From Geosiphon pyriformis uo1 (taxonomy: Eukaryota > Fungi > Glomeromycota), in assembly GCA_016748015.1 (NCBI GenBank), contig JAAOMT010000718.1, positions 248,001-312,000 of the forward strand: DNA of 64,000 nucleotides, in the 5' to 3' direction. Each line of letters starts with the position of its first letter. The stretch's first letter is position 1. A program made the position numbers and the translations under genes. Of the stretch, positions 15,868 to 28,751 are shown one piece after another. Below the pieces are notes generated by a model. That model was not told the DNA's origin, ran no database searches, and was given only the letters and a program-made list of their open reading frames with translations.

Positions 15868-16759
15868 ATGAGACCATTAACGGAGGATGAAACAAAAATT
15901 TTCTTTGAGAAACTTGCCAAATAGTGGGTAATTCTTGAGATATGATCTATGAAATAATTTTTTTGCCTTTGGTACATGCAATTGATAAAAACTTGTGCTA
16001 TTTAAAAATAGTATAGGAAGGAATATTGCACACTTGATCGATCGTTCAGACGAAACGTATTGTTTTCGACTTCACAATGACCGAGTTTATTATATTAGGT
16101 GTGGGGATTGATTAATTTGATTGATTGATTGAGTTCTTTGAAAGAAAAATTTAATTTTTTTTTTACACGCTTTTTGATATAAAATTTTAGTGAATCAATA
16201 ATGAGATCCGCTTTAAGTGTTGGACGAGATCATTTAATATCTTTGGGTGTATGTTTTGGCAAATTCACCAAATCTGGAAAATTCAGACTTCATATCACAG
16301 CTTTGGATTATCTTGCACAATATGCAAAAGCATGTTTTTAATCTTTTTTCAATCAATCAAAAGACTTGATTTTTGTTTCTAAATTTCATTGATAAATTAC
16401 TATCCTTAAATTCTTCGGTTCTCAGTTTAAACTTTGGATAAAACCAAATGGTGAAATGCAATTTCTCTATGGCAATCATATCGCCAAAGCACACATCGGG
16501 CGTATCTCAGAAGACACGCCAGAACATCAAGGTGTCGTAATCTATTCGATGGCTGACATACCATTGGTGAGTTGATAATAAAATCAAAACTTGTTTCAGT
16601 GAAAAATTTGTTTGCTCAAACACAAATATTGTGATTAAGGGATTTGGGGTAACTGCGAGGTCTATGGTTGATGTAAGAAAACTTCAACCCACAGATATTG
16701 TTGCTTTTCACCAAGCTGACATAGGAGAATACTTGCGTGAAGAAGATACACTTTTCTAG
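15868..16759 (+). CDS. NIP7: 60S ribosome biogenesis protein Nip7 (PUA domain)
   Basis: [70 protein letters not shown]. Confidence 0.95.
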
Positions 16760-17189
16760 TAAAAATGACAGATCAGGCAATGATAATAAACCTTAACTTT
16801 TTATATTCAAAAAATTCCAAGGATGAGAAAATTTCCAAATCCTTGTTAAACAAATGATTCACTTTACTGAAAAAAAGATTTGTAAGCATTCTATAACTCA
16901 GGATTAATCGACTTGAAGCGAATTAGACGTTTATTAAAAGAAAAAACATCGAATATTAAATTTTGGCCGGGGCCATTCGAGTCAAGACGACTGACTTTAA
17001 AGTTATTACTAGAAGAGAAAAGGTTGATATCTATACATCGTATATGTACACTGCTACTACAGAGAATATCATTAAATCCAAATAGAATCTGAAATTATCG
17101 CAAAGCAAAGATTATCGATTAATTTTTGAAATGAGTTTGGGGATGCTAGAGGGATTGGAATTAAAATTTTGGAGTGAGGAATTTTCCAT

Positions 17190-17597
17190 TTAAACTTCAG
17201 TGGCGGCAGCACCTTTCTTGGCTTTTTTGGGGAGTAGATTCTGATGAATATTTGGCAAAACACCGCCTTGAGCAATTGTTACATGACCGAGTAATTTGTT
17301 CAACTCTTCATCGTTACGGATAGCTAATTGTAGATGGCGAGGGATGATTCTGGATTTCTTGTTATCGCGGGCAGCATTACCGGCCAATTCGAGGATTTCA
17401 GCTGCCAAGTATTCGAGAACAGCAGCCAAATAAACCGGCGCACCAGCACCCACTCTTTGTGCATAATTGCCTTTACGAAGAAGACGATGGATACGGCCAA
17501 CAGGAAATTGAAGACCAGCTTTAGCTGAGCGAGAAGAACTAGCTTTAACTGACACAGTTGTAGCAGATTTACCACCGGATTTTCCTCCAGAAGACAT
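17190..17597 (-). CDS. H2A: Histone H2A (intronless)
   Basis: [17 protein letters not shown]...[23 protein letters not shown]...[13 protein letters not shown]. Confidence 0.98.
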   Translation of the reverse strand: MSSGGKSGGKSATTVSVKASSSRSAKAGLQFPVGRIHRLLRKGNYAQRVGAGAPVYLAAVLEYLAAEILELAGNAARDNKKSRIIPRHLQLAIRNDEELNKLLGHVTIAQGGVLPNIHQNLLPKKAKKGAAATEV

Positions 17598-17739
17598 TAT
17601 AAATGAGTTAGTTTTTATTGAGAGTGGCTTAAAGACGACCTAAGATTAGACGTATATTAATTGTTTCGAAAAACTTTGTGCTGACGAAAATTGTGTTGGG
17701 AAGTATATTAAGAGTTTAAAATCCTGAAGGCTATCGTTG

Positions 17740-18100
17740 GGCCCCCTTATTTATATTTCTCTAGGAATCAATTTGCTTTGAATCAAAACAAGAATTTGTG
17801 TCTCATGTGGCGTCAATGATACACGTTAAGTCACGTCTTGAATTCATTGATCAAAAAGTAACACGCGCCTCAACATTCCGTTTTACCCAAAAACGTACTG
17901 GGAAGAACGTGGATTATCCTGATTGTACCATAAACGCCACGGATAAATAACGCGTGATAATCAACCAATCATCATTATGCACTCATGGTGTCAACATTCC
18001 TGAATTCTTTCTTCTTTGGGTTGCTGGCGCGAGTAAAAGTGGCAACGCGTCCATCTGTCATCAATCAAAACAAACTTAAAAATCAACTATAAATAAGGCT
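17740..18100. promoter_or_regulatory. Bidirectional H2A/H2B promoter with symmetric TATA boxes and MCB-like sites
   Basis: TATAAATAAGG on each strand (TATA cores 17748-17755 minus, 18088-18095 plus), ACGCGT at 17950 and 18045, CCAAT ~17965. Confidence 0.6.
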
Positions 18101-18243
18101 GCTCCTGGGACCAACTAAACCACTTTCACTTTTGATCCTGTAACACGACTTGATACACAAAGAAAAAACTTAAATCTTTCAACTATTACCCACAACTAAA
18201 AAAACAAATTCTCTATCTCACGTAACACTATAAAAAAACTAAA

Positions 18244-18648
18244 ATGCCGCCAAAAGCTGAAAAAAAACCTGCTACTACCACTGCCAGCAAGGCTCCTGCT
18301 TCTAAAGCACCAGCCGAAAAAAAAGAAAAAAAGGCTGCAGGTGAAAAAGGAAAAAAGAAGAAAGTCAGAAAAGAAACATACTCTAGCTACATCTACAAGG
18401 TCCTCAAACAAGTTCACCCCGACACTGGCATCTCTAATAAGGCTATGTCAATTCTCAACTCATTTGTTAACGATATCTTCGAACGCATTGCAACTGAAGC
18501 CTCTAAGCTTGCCGCATACAATAAAAAGTCTACCATCTCGTCTAGGGAAATTCAAACGGCTGTCCGTCTTATTCTTCCTGGCGAATTGGCTAAACACGCT
18601 GTTTCTGAAGGGACGAAAGCTGTTACCAAGTATACCAGCTCTAAGTAA
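18244..18648 (+). CDS. H2B: Histone H2B (intronless)
   Basis: [23 protein letters not shown]...[24 protein letters not shown]. Confidence 0.98.
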   Translation: MPPKAEKKPATTTASKAPASKAPAEKKEKKAAGEKGKKKKVRKETYSSYIYKVLKQVHPDTGISNKAMSILNSFVNDIFERIATEASKLAAYNKKSTISSREIQTAVRLILPGELAKHAVSEGTKAVTKYTSSK

Positions 18649-19223
18649 AAGAGTTCATAAATATCATGGATGGATTTTCCTTCGTTTGCTATTCTTGAAA
18701 AATCCCCCTTTTCAAATAAATCTTTATGTGGGTGAGAGAGAATAGTGTAATCATATTCAATAGGTGATTGCTATCATAATCCAAAAATAACAATTTTACT
18801 ATCATTTAGCAATTTCTATTTCGTTTGTATAAATGTCTTTAGAAAATTCTTGGCTTGGCTTGCCTCATTTACGACAAATCTGTATTCTTCATAATATATT
18901 TCTTCCTTACTATTTCCTAGCTGTTGTACGGCACATTGTGAATAAATTTCTTTTTGATCGCTAATATTTTATCTGGAGTGATTTACTGATTAAAGCTAAT
19001 ATGGTTTGATCTAAGCTTATTCGATCATTGTACTTGATAAACCTGGTAATTTCGTGTAGTTAAAGGGCATTCCCTCAACTCGGAAAAGAAAAATTTTATT
19101 TAGCAAAATTACATATTTTACAATACTAATTAAGTGAATAAGATCATCAAAGTTTTCTAAATACAAATAGTTGCCCTAACATTGAATTTTAAATAGTAAT
19201 AATAAGATAAATAAAAAGTATTG

Positions 19224-21045
19224 TCAATCATCTTTTACTACATCTCTTAAATAATATTTGCTTAGGTAGACTCTCAACTTCGCAATCTCTTTAGCAATCG
19301 TTGCTTGTACTTCAGATCGTAATTCGTGTCGTAACCTTTGAATTATAGGATCATTAAGACCATCAATGACTTGATAATCAGGTACCGCTCTAATCTCACT
19401 TACTCCAGGATTTTGGATGTGACTATCACCAGATTGAGATTGTGAATATGCTGGCCGCATAGGAAAACTCTGAGAACTTTGGGATGGTAAATTGGACTCG
19501 AGTAAGGGATCCTCCATTCTTTCCTTTGTATCAAAATATGGAAAAACAGTGGGTGTATAGGCGGGAGGAGGAGCTGGCACTGTTTTAAGGATCTAAAACA
19601 TAAACCATAAAAAAGTAAAAAGTCAATTGACATCCTTCTGAATATTCGGAATCCAAATTTCGACCTACATATCGTTGGACAACTCCCCAAGGATCCACAC
19701 GCCGTGACCCGAGAAGGAGGAAATAAAGTGCACTAAGTATACTGATAAAACCTCCCATATTAGCAGCTAACTGAAGAAGGGTGAATTCAACACGACTATA
19801 ATAGACATCTACAGGATAAATTTGTGTATCTGTTTTAGGATCCGTTCGATAATTGCGCGGTATAATTCGAAAAAGTCCCCAAAGATTTGGGCTGATACCA
19901 AACCCAGAAATGGCAAAACTCGTAAATGTATGATCTAGTTCTACAACTGCGTGAGAATCAAAATCTCCATTGCCGGTGTTACCACCAGTGATAGCATCGG
20001 CGTTGAGATTTTGTATTTTTTCGGTTCTAGTGAAATATGCGTATGATATAGAAGGCTAAAAAAAGGAAAGAAAAATGTAAATACTTTTGTTTACCGTAGT
20101 CATATGGCCTTTTAAATACGTACAATTTTGACTATTTGAAACTTGACATCTTTAGGATCATCCTTTTCGCTGAAAATTCCGTAGAAAAACCATGCGTCAT
20201 TGGTGATAGCACCTAACTATATTATGTAATGATTAGTAGCCAATTTCTCGAAATTCAAATAATACAATTGGGTAAAAACTTACCGTATTATTAGCTCCAT
20301 CATTAGACCATAATGCCAATGCAATTTTCTGAACGGCATTGTTAAATACCAGTGGTTGGCTAGTTGAGGTTTTCTTGATGGGATTTTGAGGGCTAAAAAC
20401 GTCTGAGGAATGGAATGACCCAATTAAATTAGATTACAATAAATAAACTATATTAAAATTTTTAATTCGGTCATGAAAGTGGGGAAACTTACAGCAATAT
20501 TGTCCGGTAAGATTATAATAGCCTCGCATGTTAACAAATGGAGTAGCGTCAATCCTATTGTTGGTAATGTATTCGTCGCATTTTTCACCCTATTAAATAT
20601 AAAGAATCTATCGAGATTCGAAAGGGAACTGATAATTGAAATACATGGGAAAAAATAGGTTTACCTTTGCAAAATCATCATCCGCCGCATTGAAAGCACT
20701 TTTGTAACAATTTAAAGGTTTGTTGAGGTTCATGCCACAGATAACCACCCCAGGAACCTTTTTATGGGGTCAACACAAATCAGACAGAATCTCAATCTCC
20801 AATCTTTCAGAATTCATACTTACAGGTATCTCGGCACGAGGAGACTCTTTTACCGTAACAACGGGTGACCGCACAGCTTCTACCATTCGCCAAATATTCC
20901 AAGCCCCATAACCTGCAATCAACAATCCAATAATGAGCAATATTATTAGTTTCGCCCTACTTTCTTTGGATCTTTTATCTTCATCATATACAAAGGCATC
21001 GACCGTCCCAAAACTTGGGTTATTTGGAGAGTAACTGGAAGCCAT
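19224..21045 (-). CDS. Uncharacterised two-transmembrane protein with large extracellular loop and C-terminal PPxY motif, multi-exon
   Basis: TM1 LIILLIIGLLIAGYGAWNIW, post-TM1 EIP|VPGVVICG, TM2 EFTLLQLAANMGGFISILSALYFLLLG, then SRRVDPWGVVQRY|ILKTVPAPPPAY and a helical tail. GT-AG introns. Confidence 0.8.
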
Positions 21046-21415
21046 TAGTAAGAATTTAGAAGAATTGTATTCTCAAAAAGTATAAACGTGTTATCCGTCA
21101 ATTTGCGTGTAGAAGGCTTTAAATCATGTTTTGCGTCGGGTTTCACGAATTCAAGGACAATACATTTTTTCCCTTCGCCACGCGTACACATTGTACCTGT
21201 ACCATAGAACCGCATGAAAGCTTTGCCAAAATAAAAGTGTCTAAATATATCTAACAAAAAACTTAAGATGTAAATCTAAACTTGATTGCACAATGAAGCG
21301 ATCTCTCAAAAACTATAAATCAGATGTTAAAAATAGAGATATACGTAATCAAGTATCCAAAAATAATTTACAAGTAATTAAAATTTACAAATGATGAAGA
21401 AATTGACAAAATATA

Positions 21416-24400
21416 TTAAGGCGAAAAAAGACCTAAATCAGCAATAGCACCAGCTAAACGCTTATAATCTGCCAAAAGTTCTGCCCAAAAAAATTGAGAG
21501 GGTGAATTTTCCATAGAGAAATCGGTTAAGATGGGAGGCAATTTAATTTTGTACCTGAAACATCAGAAACCCGAAATTCTTCATTTGAACATTCTAAAAA
21601 TCGTTTAATAGGTGGTGGAATTTTTGAGCTTGATTGACCATCATTCTCGGCCTTCATAGTTTCCTGAAGACATAAGATCAACGTCATATAATTAACTCAG
21701 CTAATAAAACACCATAATTAAGAATTTTGCCTACTTCGTCGAGTGGTGGGGCAATGCTGCGATCAATACTAAACCGAGGGATCACATTGAACGGGATGAA
21801 CCGATCCGTTCTATTTTTAACGGAAGTTAAGAAATATCCATTTGAAATCAGATATTTGGGAACGGCCAAAATCATTCTGAATCTTTGTTTAACAGTTGTG
21901 GGAGGGTTTACTTTGATTTGCTGGACTCCTCTATTCCAGCGACTTTTGTACTCGATTTCTCGTTGATTTCTGTGCTTGCCTTTGAAGAATTTAATTCGGC
22001 CAACTCTTTGGCGTCACCTTCCACAGTAAGCCCGTTCAAGATATTATTTGGATTTGTTGATGAAAGCGGGGTTCCAGCGGTAATGTGAACGGGTTTGTCG
22101 GTAATTGGCAACTCAACTGCAGGTATCTCGTTGTAACCAAGTATTCGTCCTACAAGCTTATAAGAGTGATCCATGACTCCTGTAATAACTTTGAGGCCAC
22201 TGTCCGCTACACCCACTATCTCTTGGCCTACTTTACGACTTACAGTAGCGGCTACAGAGCTTTGTTGAAGCTCAACAACATCACTAGGGAATCGGTGCAA
22301 AAATGTGTCCATGGATCAGTGATTTATCTTTAATTCATGAAAGTTACATGATTTTTCTTTCACAAAGAGCCAATTTTAGAGAGATTTAAAGATGAACAAA
22401 CCTGAGAACCTTTGCAGGCGACAATCCCAATCCAACCAAGTCCACATTTTCCAGAAATGCTACGGCAGCCATCTGGCAGATAGAATAATATGGATATATT
22501 AAAAAGCACTGATGGTCAAAAATATAGCGAAAGCACCCCATAATAATAGAACCGTACAATATTGGTCAGACAATAGGATGCTTCACCATGCAAGTGGCTT
22601 CTTATGCGATACCTTTGAATATACCTGGGAAAAGTAAAGAGAGAATATAGATAAGGATCCACAACATTAGATCATGTAATTCTTATGTCGAAAGAATATA
22701 TAGTTGTTGCCCTTTTGGATGGAAAAAATAAACAGTACCTCAAATTTGCCACCAGATTTTGTGGATTATATTTCACAACTATGTAAATTAGCAGTGGTAA
22801 AATCGAGTCGGCATTAGGCCTTGGCATTTCATTCTGTTCATCTTCTTGTGTGGGAACAGGGAGGTTCTTGGAAGTCTGATTGGGTGAAGACGGCATGTTA
22901 TTTAATAAATCTAAGGAAGTAGTGTTAAGGGGAGTATCGTTTTCAAAAGATGTTGAAGTAATTAAATTCTCGATATTGTTTTCTTCCTTAGTAACAGAGG
23001 TCGATATTCCACTAGAAATAATTGATAGAGTTTCCAATGATTCTTTTTCTGAAGAGATAATCTGTGTCTCGTTAGAAGGTTCAACACTATCATAATTAAC
23101 TATGTTTAGAGAGGTTTGGGATAAAATTGTGGATTTAGGCATGTCATTAGTGCTAAATACTTGCTTTGAACTAGATTCGGAATCAATTGAGAGGGGAAGG
23201 GATGAAATATCTATATCAACATTAGGGATATTGGGTTGCTCGTTAATGGTAGTTGAAGAAATATTTTCTTTTTCCAAAGTTCCGTTCTTTGTGGGGATTT
23301 CGGTCGAGGTCTTCTTAGGCTTGCGTTCAAGCGTCTCTGGAATACATATTTCATCGTAGTAAATAAAGGGTATTTGTTTAACGACTTTTAGTGATACTGA
23401 AATAATTTAAGACGACCTACCGACGATAATTCGATGGCATTGAACAATTACATTTAGTTTCGCATTCGGGGCTTTGAACTCGATTAATTTTTGCAATTCT
23501 GCACCAGCTGCTGACACAGCTTCATCGATGTTTTTTCGTTGAGAATCTTTAACATTAACTCCAAGATTGGGTAATCCTATTTCAAGCATGTTGAGGGAAG
23601 CAATCTTTGATTGCAGTTTTTCATCTTGTAGATCATCATCTGCCCATTTAGGGATGAATATACTAATAAAGTTGATAATATCATATTAACAAGAATTCGT
23701 AACCACATGAAAAGCATGGAAGTCTGCTATGGAGGCTTAAACATAATCTGAGTTCAGGAAATTAAGATTTTTGATGTGAAGGAAAATCACTTACTTTTCG
23801 TAAAGATTTGAGCAAACGAGATCTTCAACGATGTCCATTTTGAGATCAATATCAGTTTCTTCGAAACTTGTGTTGGTCTCGAGAAAAGTGCGAACATTTT
23901 CAAAATTTTCCTGAATTCTATCGCATGACGCGCTCTCGGTTCGTGGCGCATCTTTTCGATAATCCCCGATAAACCTAGGATAAAATCATTAAAACATTGA
24001 GAAATTATTTTTCAAATGAATGTGGAATGGTGATCACCACTTATCCTTCAATGTTTCTTATTATTAGGATTCTTCCAAATCCTTTTCATTTTGTATACCG
24101 AAAGATATCCTTAATTTACTTAGATTTGACACAAATTGGTGCTGATAAACTGAATTGTTGATTTGTAATCATGTTTCTTTACCTGTAAATCACGTTTACC
24201 CAGGACTCGGGAAGAGAAATCTCCTCTAATTTTCTCGATGTCTCTAGTTTCAATAAAAGTTCTGTGACATCTTTTTTAGAAATACTTGATCCAAGCACCA
24301 TTGCCTGGATGATTGTACCATGCAAAAAGACATCAACACTTTTTTTGAGTATTTTTATTGTTGAACATTCTTTAAGATTACTAGGTGTGTCAAAATCGTT

Positions 24401-25247
24401 GAAAATAGCTCTGAAAAACAAAGTTCAAGTTCACCTTTGTTAAGAATTTAATAACCACATTTTTTACTAGCTACAGTCAATACTAACTTGCGAATTTTGG
24501 GGTCACTCTTTAAAAGTTGCAAGTATTCTTTTTCTGCGGCTAAAAATCCGGTTGGTATCAGGAATTCCCTATTTTTAAAGAAATATATAAAAAGAAATTC
24601 GATAAAAAATTAAAAATCCTCATGAAGCTATGTACTTACGCTTGCACGAGGCCTTTTATACCGCTTAATGTAATTATTTGTAGTCCTTCACTTCCTGTTT
24701 GACAAAACATTATATGATCTTCTATAATGGTAAGCTCTGACCCTTCAGAAGCAACACTCTTAGACACTGGAAGAACCAAAGTTGCCTTTGAGCCCAATTA
24801 AGATGAGGAAACAAAAACGTGTTAATAAGCGTCTAAAAACTTAATCGAAAATATATGTCTTTGCACCTCTTTATTGAGTAGTAATTCCACAATCGCTGGA
24901 AATTGAAAGGAAGGTTCTTTCAGTTTAGAAAGTATTAAGGCTCCAACCGAACCATTGGGTACCACAATGGTTGAAGGTTTTGGTCGTAAGGAGGAAAAAG
25001 AAGCAGAGGCAGATCTTCTATCGCGGTGATGATATGATTTTCCCGAGTCTTCGTCATCGGTGGGAAGCAAAGGGTGATGGCTTAGTGAGTCGGTGCTTTT
25101 AGCGGGTTTCAGACCACGCAAAGGAGTTAGAAAGGAGTTAGAAATACTGAGTGTGCCTAACTTGTTTGTGCTTGTGGCCATGGGTGAGGGGTCATTTGAA
25201 GAGGAAGGAGGGATGGCCTGAGATGAAGTTACAGAATTAGTCGCCAT
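21416..25247 (-). CDS. VPS9-domain Rab5-family GEF (Muk1/Vps9-like), multi-exon
   Basis: AGAELQKLIEFKAPNAKLNVIVQCHRIIV, low-complexity insert, ADSILPLLIYIVVKYNPQNLVANLR|YIQRYR...GEASYCLTN|MAAVAFLENV, C-terminal LADYKRLA. Confidence 0.88.
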
Positions 25248-25912
25248 ATAAAAGAGATTTTGGGAAGATAAAAATTATAAATGATCAAATATCATAAAAG
25301 GTTATTAAAATCTATCTCGCGTGACCAAAAAGGTGTCGGTCAAATGTTTTATGCTCTAAGACAATTATAGAAATCAGAGTAGATTCAGAACCTTATCAAG
25401 TTAGCAGAGATTTATTATTAAAATGCTTATCTGCTATTTGCATTTGTGAAATTATATAATTTCATGCGACTAACCCAATAGACCCTTTTGGGTTGGGGAA
25501 AAAATTGAACGAATCTAAGGAAAAATCTTTTTGATGGTATCACCAACTGACGACTGTCATTTTACTAAAATTACATCGTAGCCTAGAATCTCTTTATTTT
25601 CTCCACCAGAAAGTCCATTTGAGCGCTACCTCTCTCTTTACGCGAAGATTGAAGTGAACCAAAGCTCCTCCTCAAACCGGTGGCCTTTGACCATATTCTC
25701 GATTCGAAGTAGTTCCATAGGAACTACTTCGTTTTTCTGCTTCCTTCCTCTTTCCTATTATTAATAACACACAAATTATATACAAGCAGTAATTTGTCCC
25801 GGTGACAGCCATCTTACAATAAATAATAGAATTTGGAAGATTTGCAATAGAATTTGGTTTATTCTTATTGCTTTTGTGTACCTAATATTTTAACTGGAAT
25901 TTATCACTTCAC

Positions 25913-27445
25913 ATGATTGAAGATAAATACATTGGGCTCTCCCTAGCCATCTGTTCCAGTTTAGCAATTGGAACCTCTTTTATTATAACAAAAAAAGGTC
26001 TCATTGGCGCGACAGATAAACATGGTAAGTTAATCTCCATTATTTTAAGTTTTTTGTCTTGAAAGAAAGTACTTCAGCAACGGTAATTCACTTTGGCTCT
26101 TTTACTACCGGAAAATTCTAAGGTTCTGCAAGTGATGACCATAAGTATCTAAGAAATCCGACATGGTGGGTTGGAATGTTCACGAGTATGTAAAATTGAG
26201 TATTTATCTCTATTTGTGGTTTTGCTTTGACCCAAAATCGCTCGTAAGGATATTTGCCGATCAGGAATCCATATTTTTTTATTCCTGACCTTTCTGTCGA
26301 TTTTGAAAGTGGTTATCGGTGAATTGGCTAATTTCGCGGCATATTCATTTGCACCTGCAATTCTTGTCACTCCTCTTGGTGCCCTTAGTGTATTGATCGG
26401 GTCAGTATTTTTTTAACAAATCAATTTAAATTCATCTTATTATAAAAACTGTGTTTAACCAAAAATGATTAAATCAAACAGGGCTGTACTTGCATCGTTG
26501 TTTCTCGACGAAAAACTGGGGCGTGATGGAACTGTTGGATGTGGATTATGTTTGATTGGCTCAGTCATGATCATATTACATGCTCCAGGTGATAAAGATA
26601 TTCGCACTGTCGATCAAATTTTGAATTATGCCCTCAAATCTGGTTTGTAAAGATTTTGTTTCCTGGAATTTCAGGAATTTCAATAATATTAACAAAAAAA
26701 CCTTTAACAAACAGGATTTATGACATATTGTTTGTTTGTCCTTATTTTCACTGTTTTTATGATAATAAGAATTGTTCCTAGATATGGAAAGAGGAATCCA
26801 CTGGTCTATCTTTCAATTTGTTCATTGGTTGGATCTATTTCTGTTATGTCTTGTAAAGGATTTGGCATTGCACTAAAGCTGACCTTTGCTGGCAATAACC
26901 AATTCTCCCACCCTTCAACTTATGTATTTGTGATTATATCAGCCGTTTGTATTGTGACGCAAATGAATTATTTTAACAAAGCGCTTGATCAATTCTCCAC
27001 AAATCTGTAAGTTTCAAAAAATTGGTTAAATTATCTTTTTTATTAATTTATTAATACATTTTTTTTTGACCATTTCAAAATTCCATCAAGTGTAAATCCT
27101 ATATATTATGTCTTATTTACAACTTCAACAATAGCAGCATCTGTCATTCTCTTTCAAGGATTCAACACTAGTGATGGAGTAAATGTCGCTAGTCTTTTTT
27201 GTGGATTTTTGACGATATTTGCCGGAGTTTATCTTTTAAATACGGCAAGATCAGAATTCTCCGGCATTTTGGATAAATTACCTATGCATCAAAATGGAAA
27301 TGGGATCGTTCGTGCCTCATTAACAGATGATAGCCGAAATTCAATTGCATTAATAAGAGATGCTACTCTTCTCCGTGCTTTTAACGAAGAAAATATTGGT
27401 TTAACGGAATTACGAGAAGATTCTTCTGAATCAGATGAAGAATGA
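25913..27445 (+). CDS. NIPA-family magnesium transporter
   Basis: MIEDKYIGLSLAICSSLAIGTSFIITKKGL, YLRNPTWWVG, GELANFAAYSFAPAILVTPLGALSV, YLSICSLVGSISV, QMNYFNKALDQF, VNPIYYVLFT. Confidence 0.95.
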
Positions 27446-28074
27446 AGAACAGCGTCTTTTTTACCAGTCATCCATCCACTTTGGATTAGAGTTAGCAGAA
27501 CGAAACAAAAGAAGTGACTTAAAAACAAACTGTCCTCCCATCAACGAAAATTTCACGAGTTATCCTATGATATTGAGAATACCAATTTCTAAGTCTCAAC
27601 AGCGACTGAAGGGTGTCAGTAAACTGAAAATGAAATAATAGATACATTAAATGGATTGGAATACTTATCAAAGAACATTTTCTTAACATATCGTCTTCCC
27701 AATCGCGAAACCTCGTACTGGATGCGAACTATATTATAATGATGTTACTTTCTTTAATGTACATTACCTGATTTTTTGATTTTTTTAGAAATCTTTTAAC
27801 AAAGTACTTGTAATCATATTAATTCCCATTGATCTTATTATATAAAGACATAAATTTACATTCTCTTTTGATTTGCGACTAAATTTTTCTGAAATACAAA
27901 GTTTTAATAGCATTCTTTAGTTCACGTTAATAATATAAATACATAACGCAACATTAGATTATTAAAATTTAGGCATAAAAATGGTTATGTGTGTTTAAGT
28001 CTTTGATTTTGTATTCAATAATTTAACAAAAAAAAACAATTGTTGCAATAGTTTTATTTGATAAATAATTTTTT

Positions 28075-28140
28075 TAGCCTTGATTGGCTCGGGTGACTGG
28101 TCACGTGTAGAAAGTGCATGAGCTGTGTTGTTAAAAAAGA
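28075..28140 (+). mobile_element. Very short 3'-end fragment of the LINE family
   Basis: TAGCCTTGATTGGCTCGGGTGACTGGTCACGTGTAG...CATGAG matches the LINE 3' UTR at 1021-1068. Confidence 0.65.
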
Positions 28141-28751
28141 TATATATATATACGTATACATCAAATACATTATATCTTTAAATTTTAATTATTTTATTAA
28201 TACAGTTTTAATCCAAAAAATCCCAACTCTATAAATTTAAATTAAATTAATATAATCGATAATTATATTATATGTTTTTGAAAATATAGAAAACTTCCAA
28301 TGATAAATATGTAAACCATTTTTTAGAAATGAAGTAATTAATTTCTTTATAATCATTTATTATAATAATTTGTTTAAATTTTGTTATTTCGGGGTTTTTT
28401 TAAATTAAAAAAGTTTCATGTATAAAATGTATATATATATATTTATACCATTATAAAAATCTTGTATATGAAAATTATTTAATAATTAATAATAATGAAT
28501 ATTTTAAAATAAAAAATATTTATTATTACACATTCGATAAAGGCACTAAATATTTTTATCGTTTGTTTAAAATGAAATTATAACAAAAAAATTAAAAAAT
28601 TATTATTATTATTTAGATAGCGACATCTAAGATTTTCTAATAGAAAACAAACAATAAACCTTTTTATTTATATGAGTTTTTTTCCTTTTCTTTCTAAAGC
28701 ATTCAAATGAAATAAATAAATTAATAAATTAATAAATAAATAAAATGAATT

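Noticed and set aside
17324-18745. Alternative-frame and antisense ORFs over the histone genes
   Set aside because: Shadows of the conserved H2A/H2B coding sequence.
25705-25736. Bacterial intrinsic terminator, implying prokaryotic or endosymbiont DNA
   Set aside because: Flanked by spliced eukaryotic genes with no bacterial ORF upstream. Kept only as a structural curiosity.
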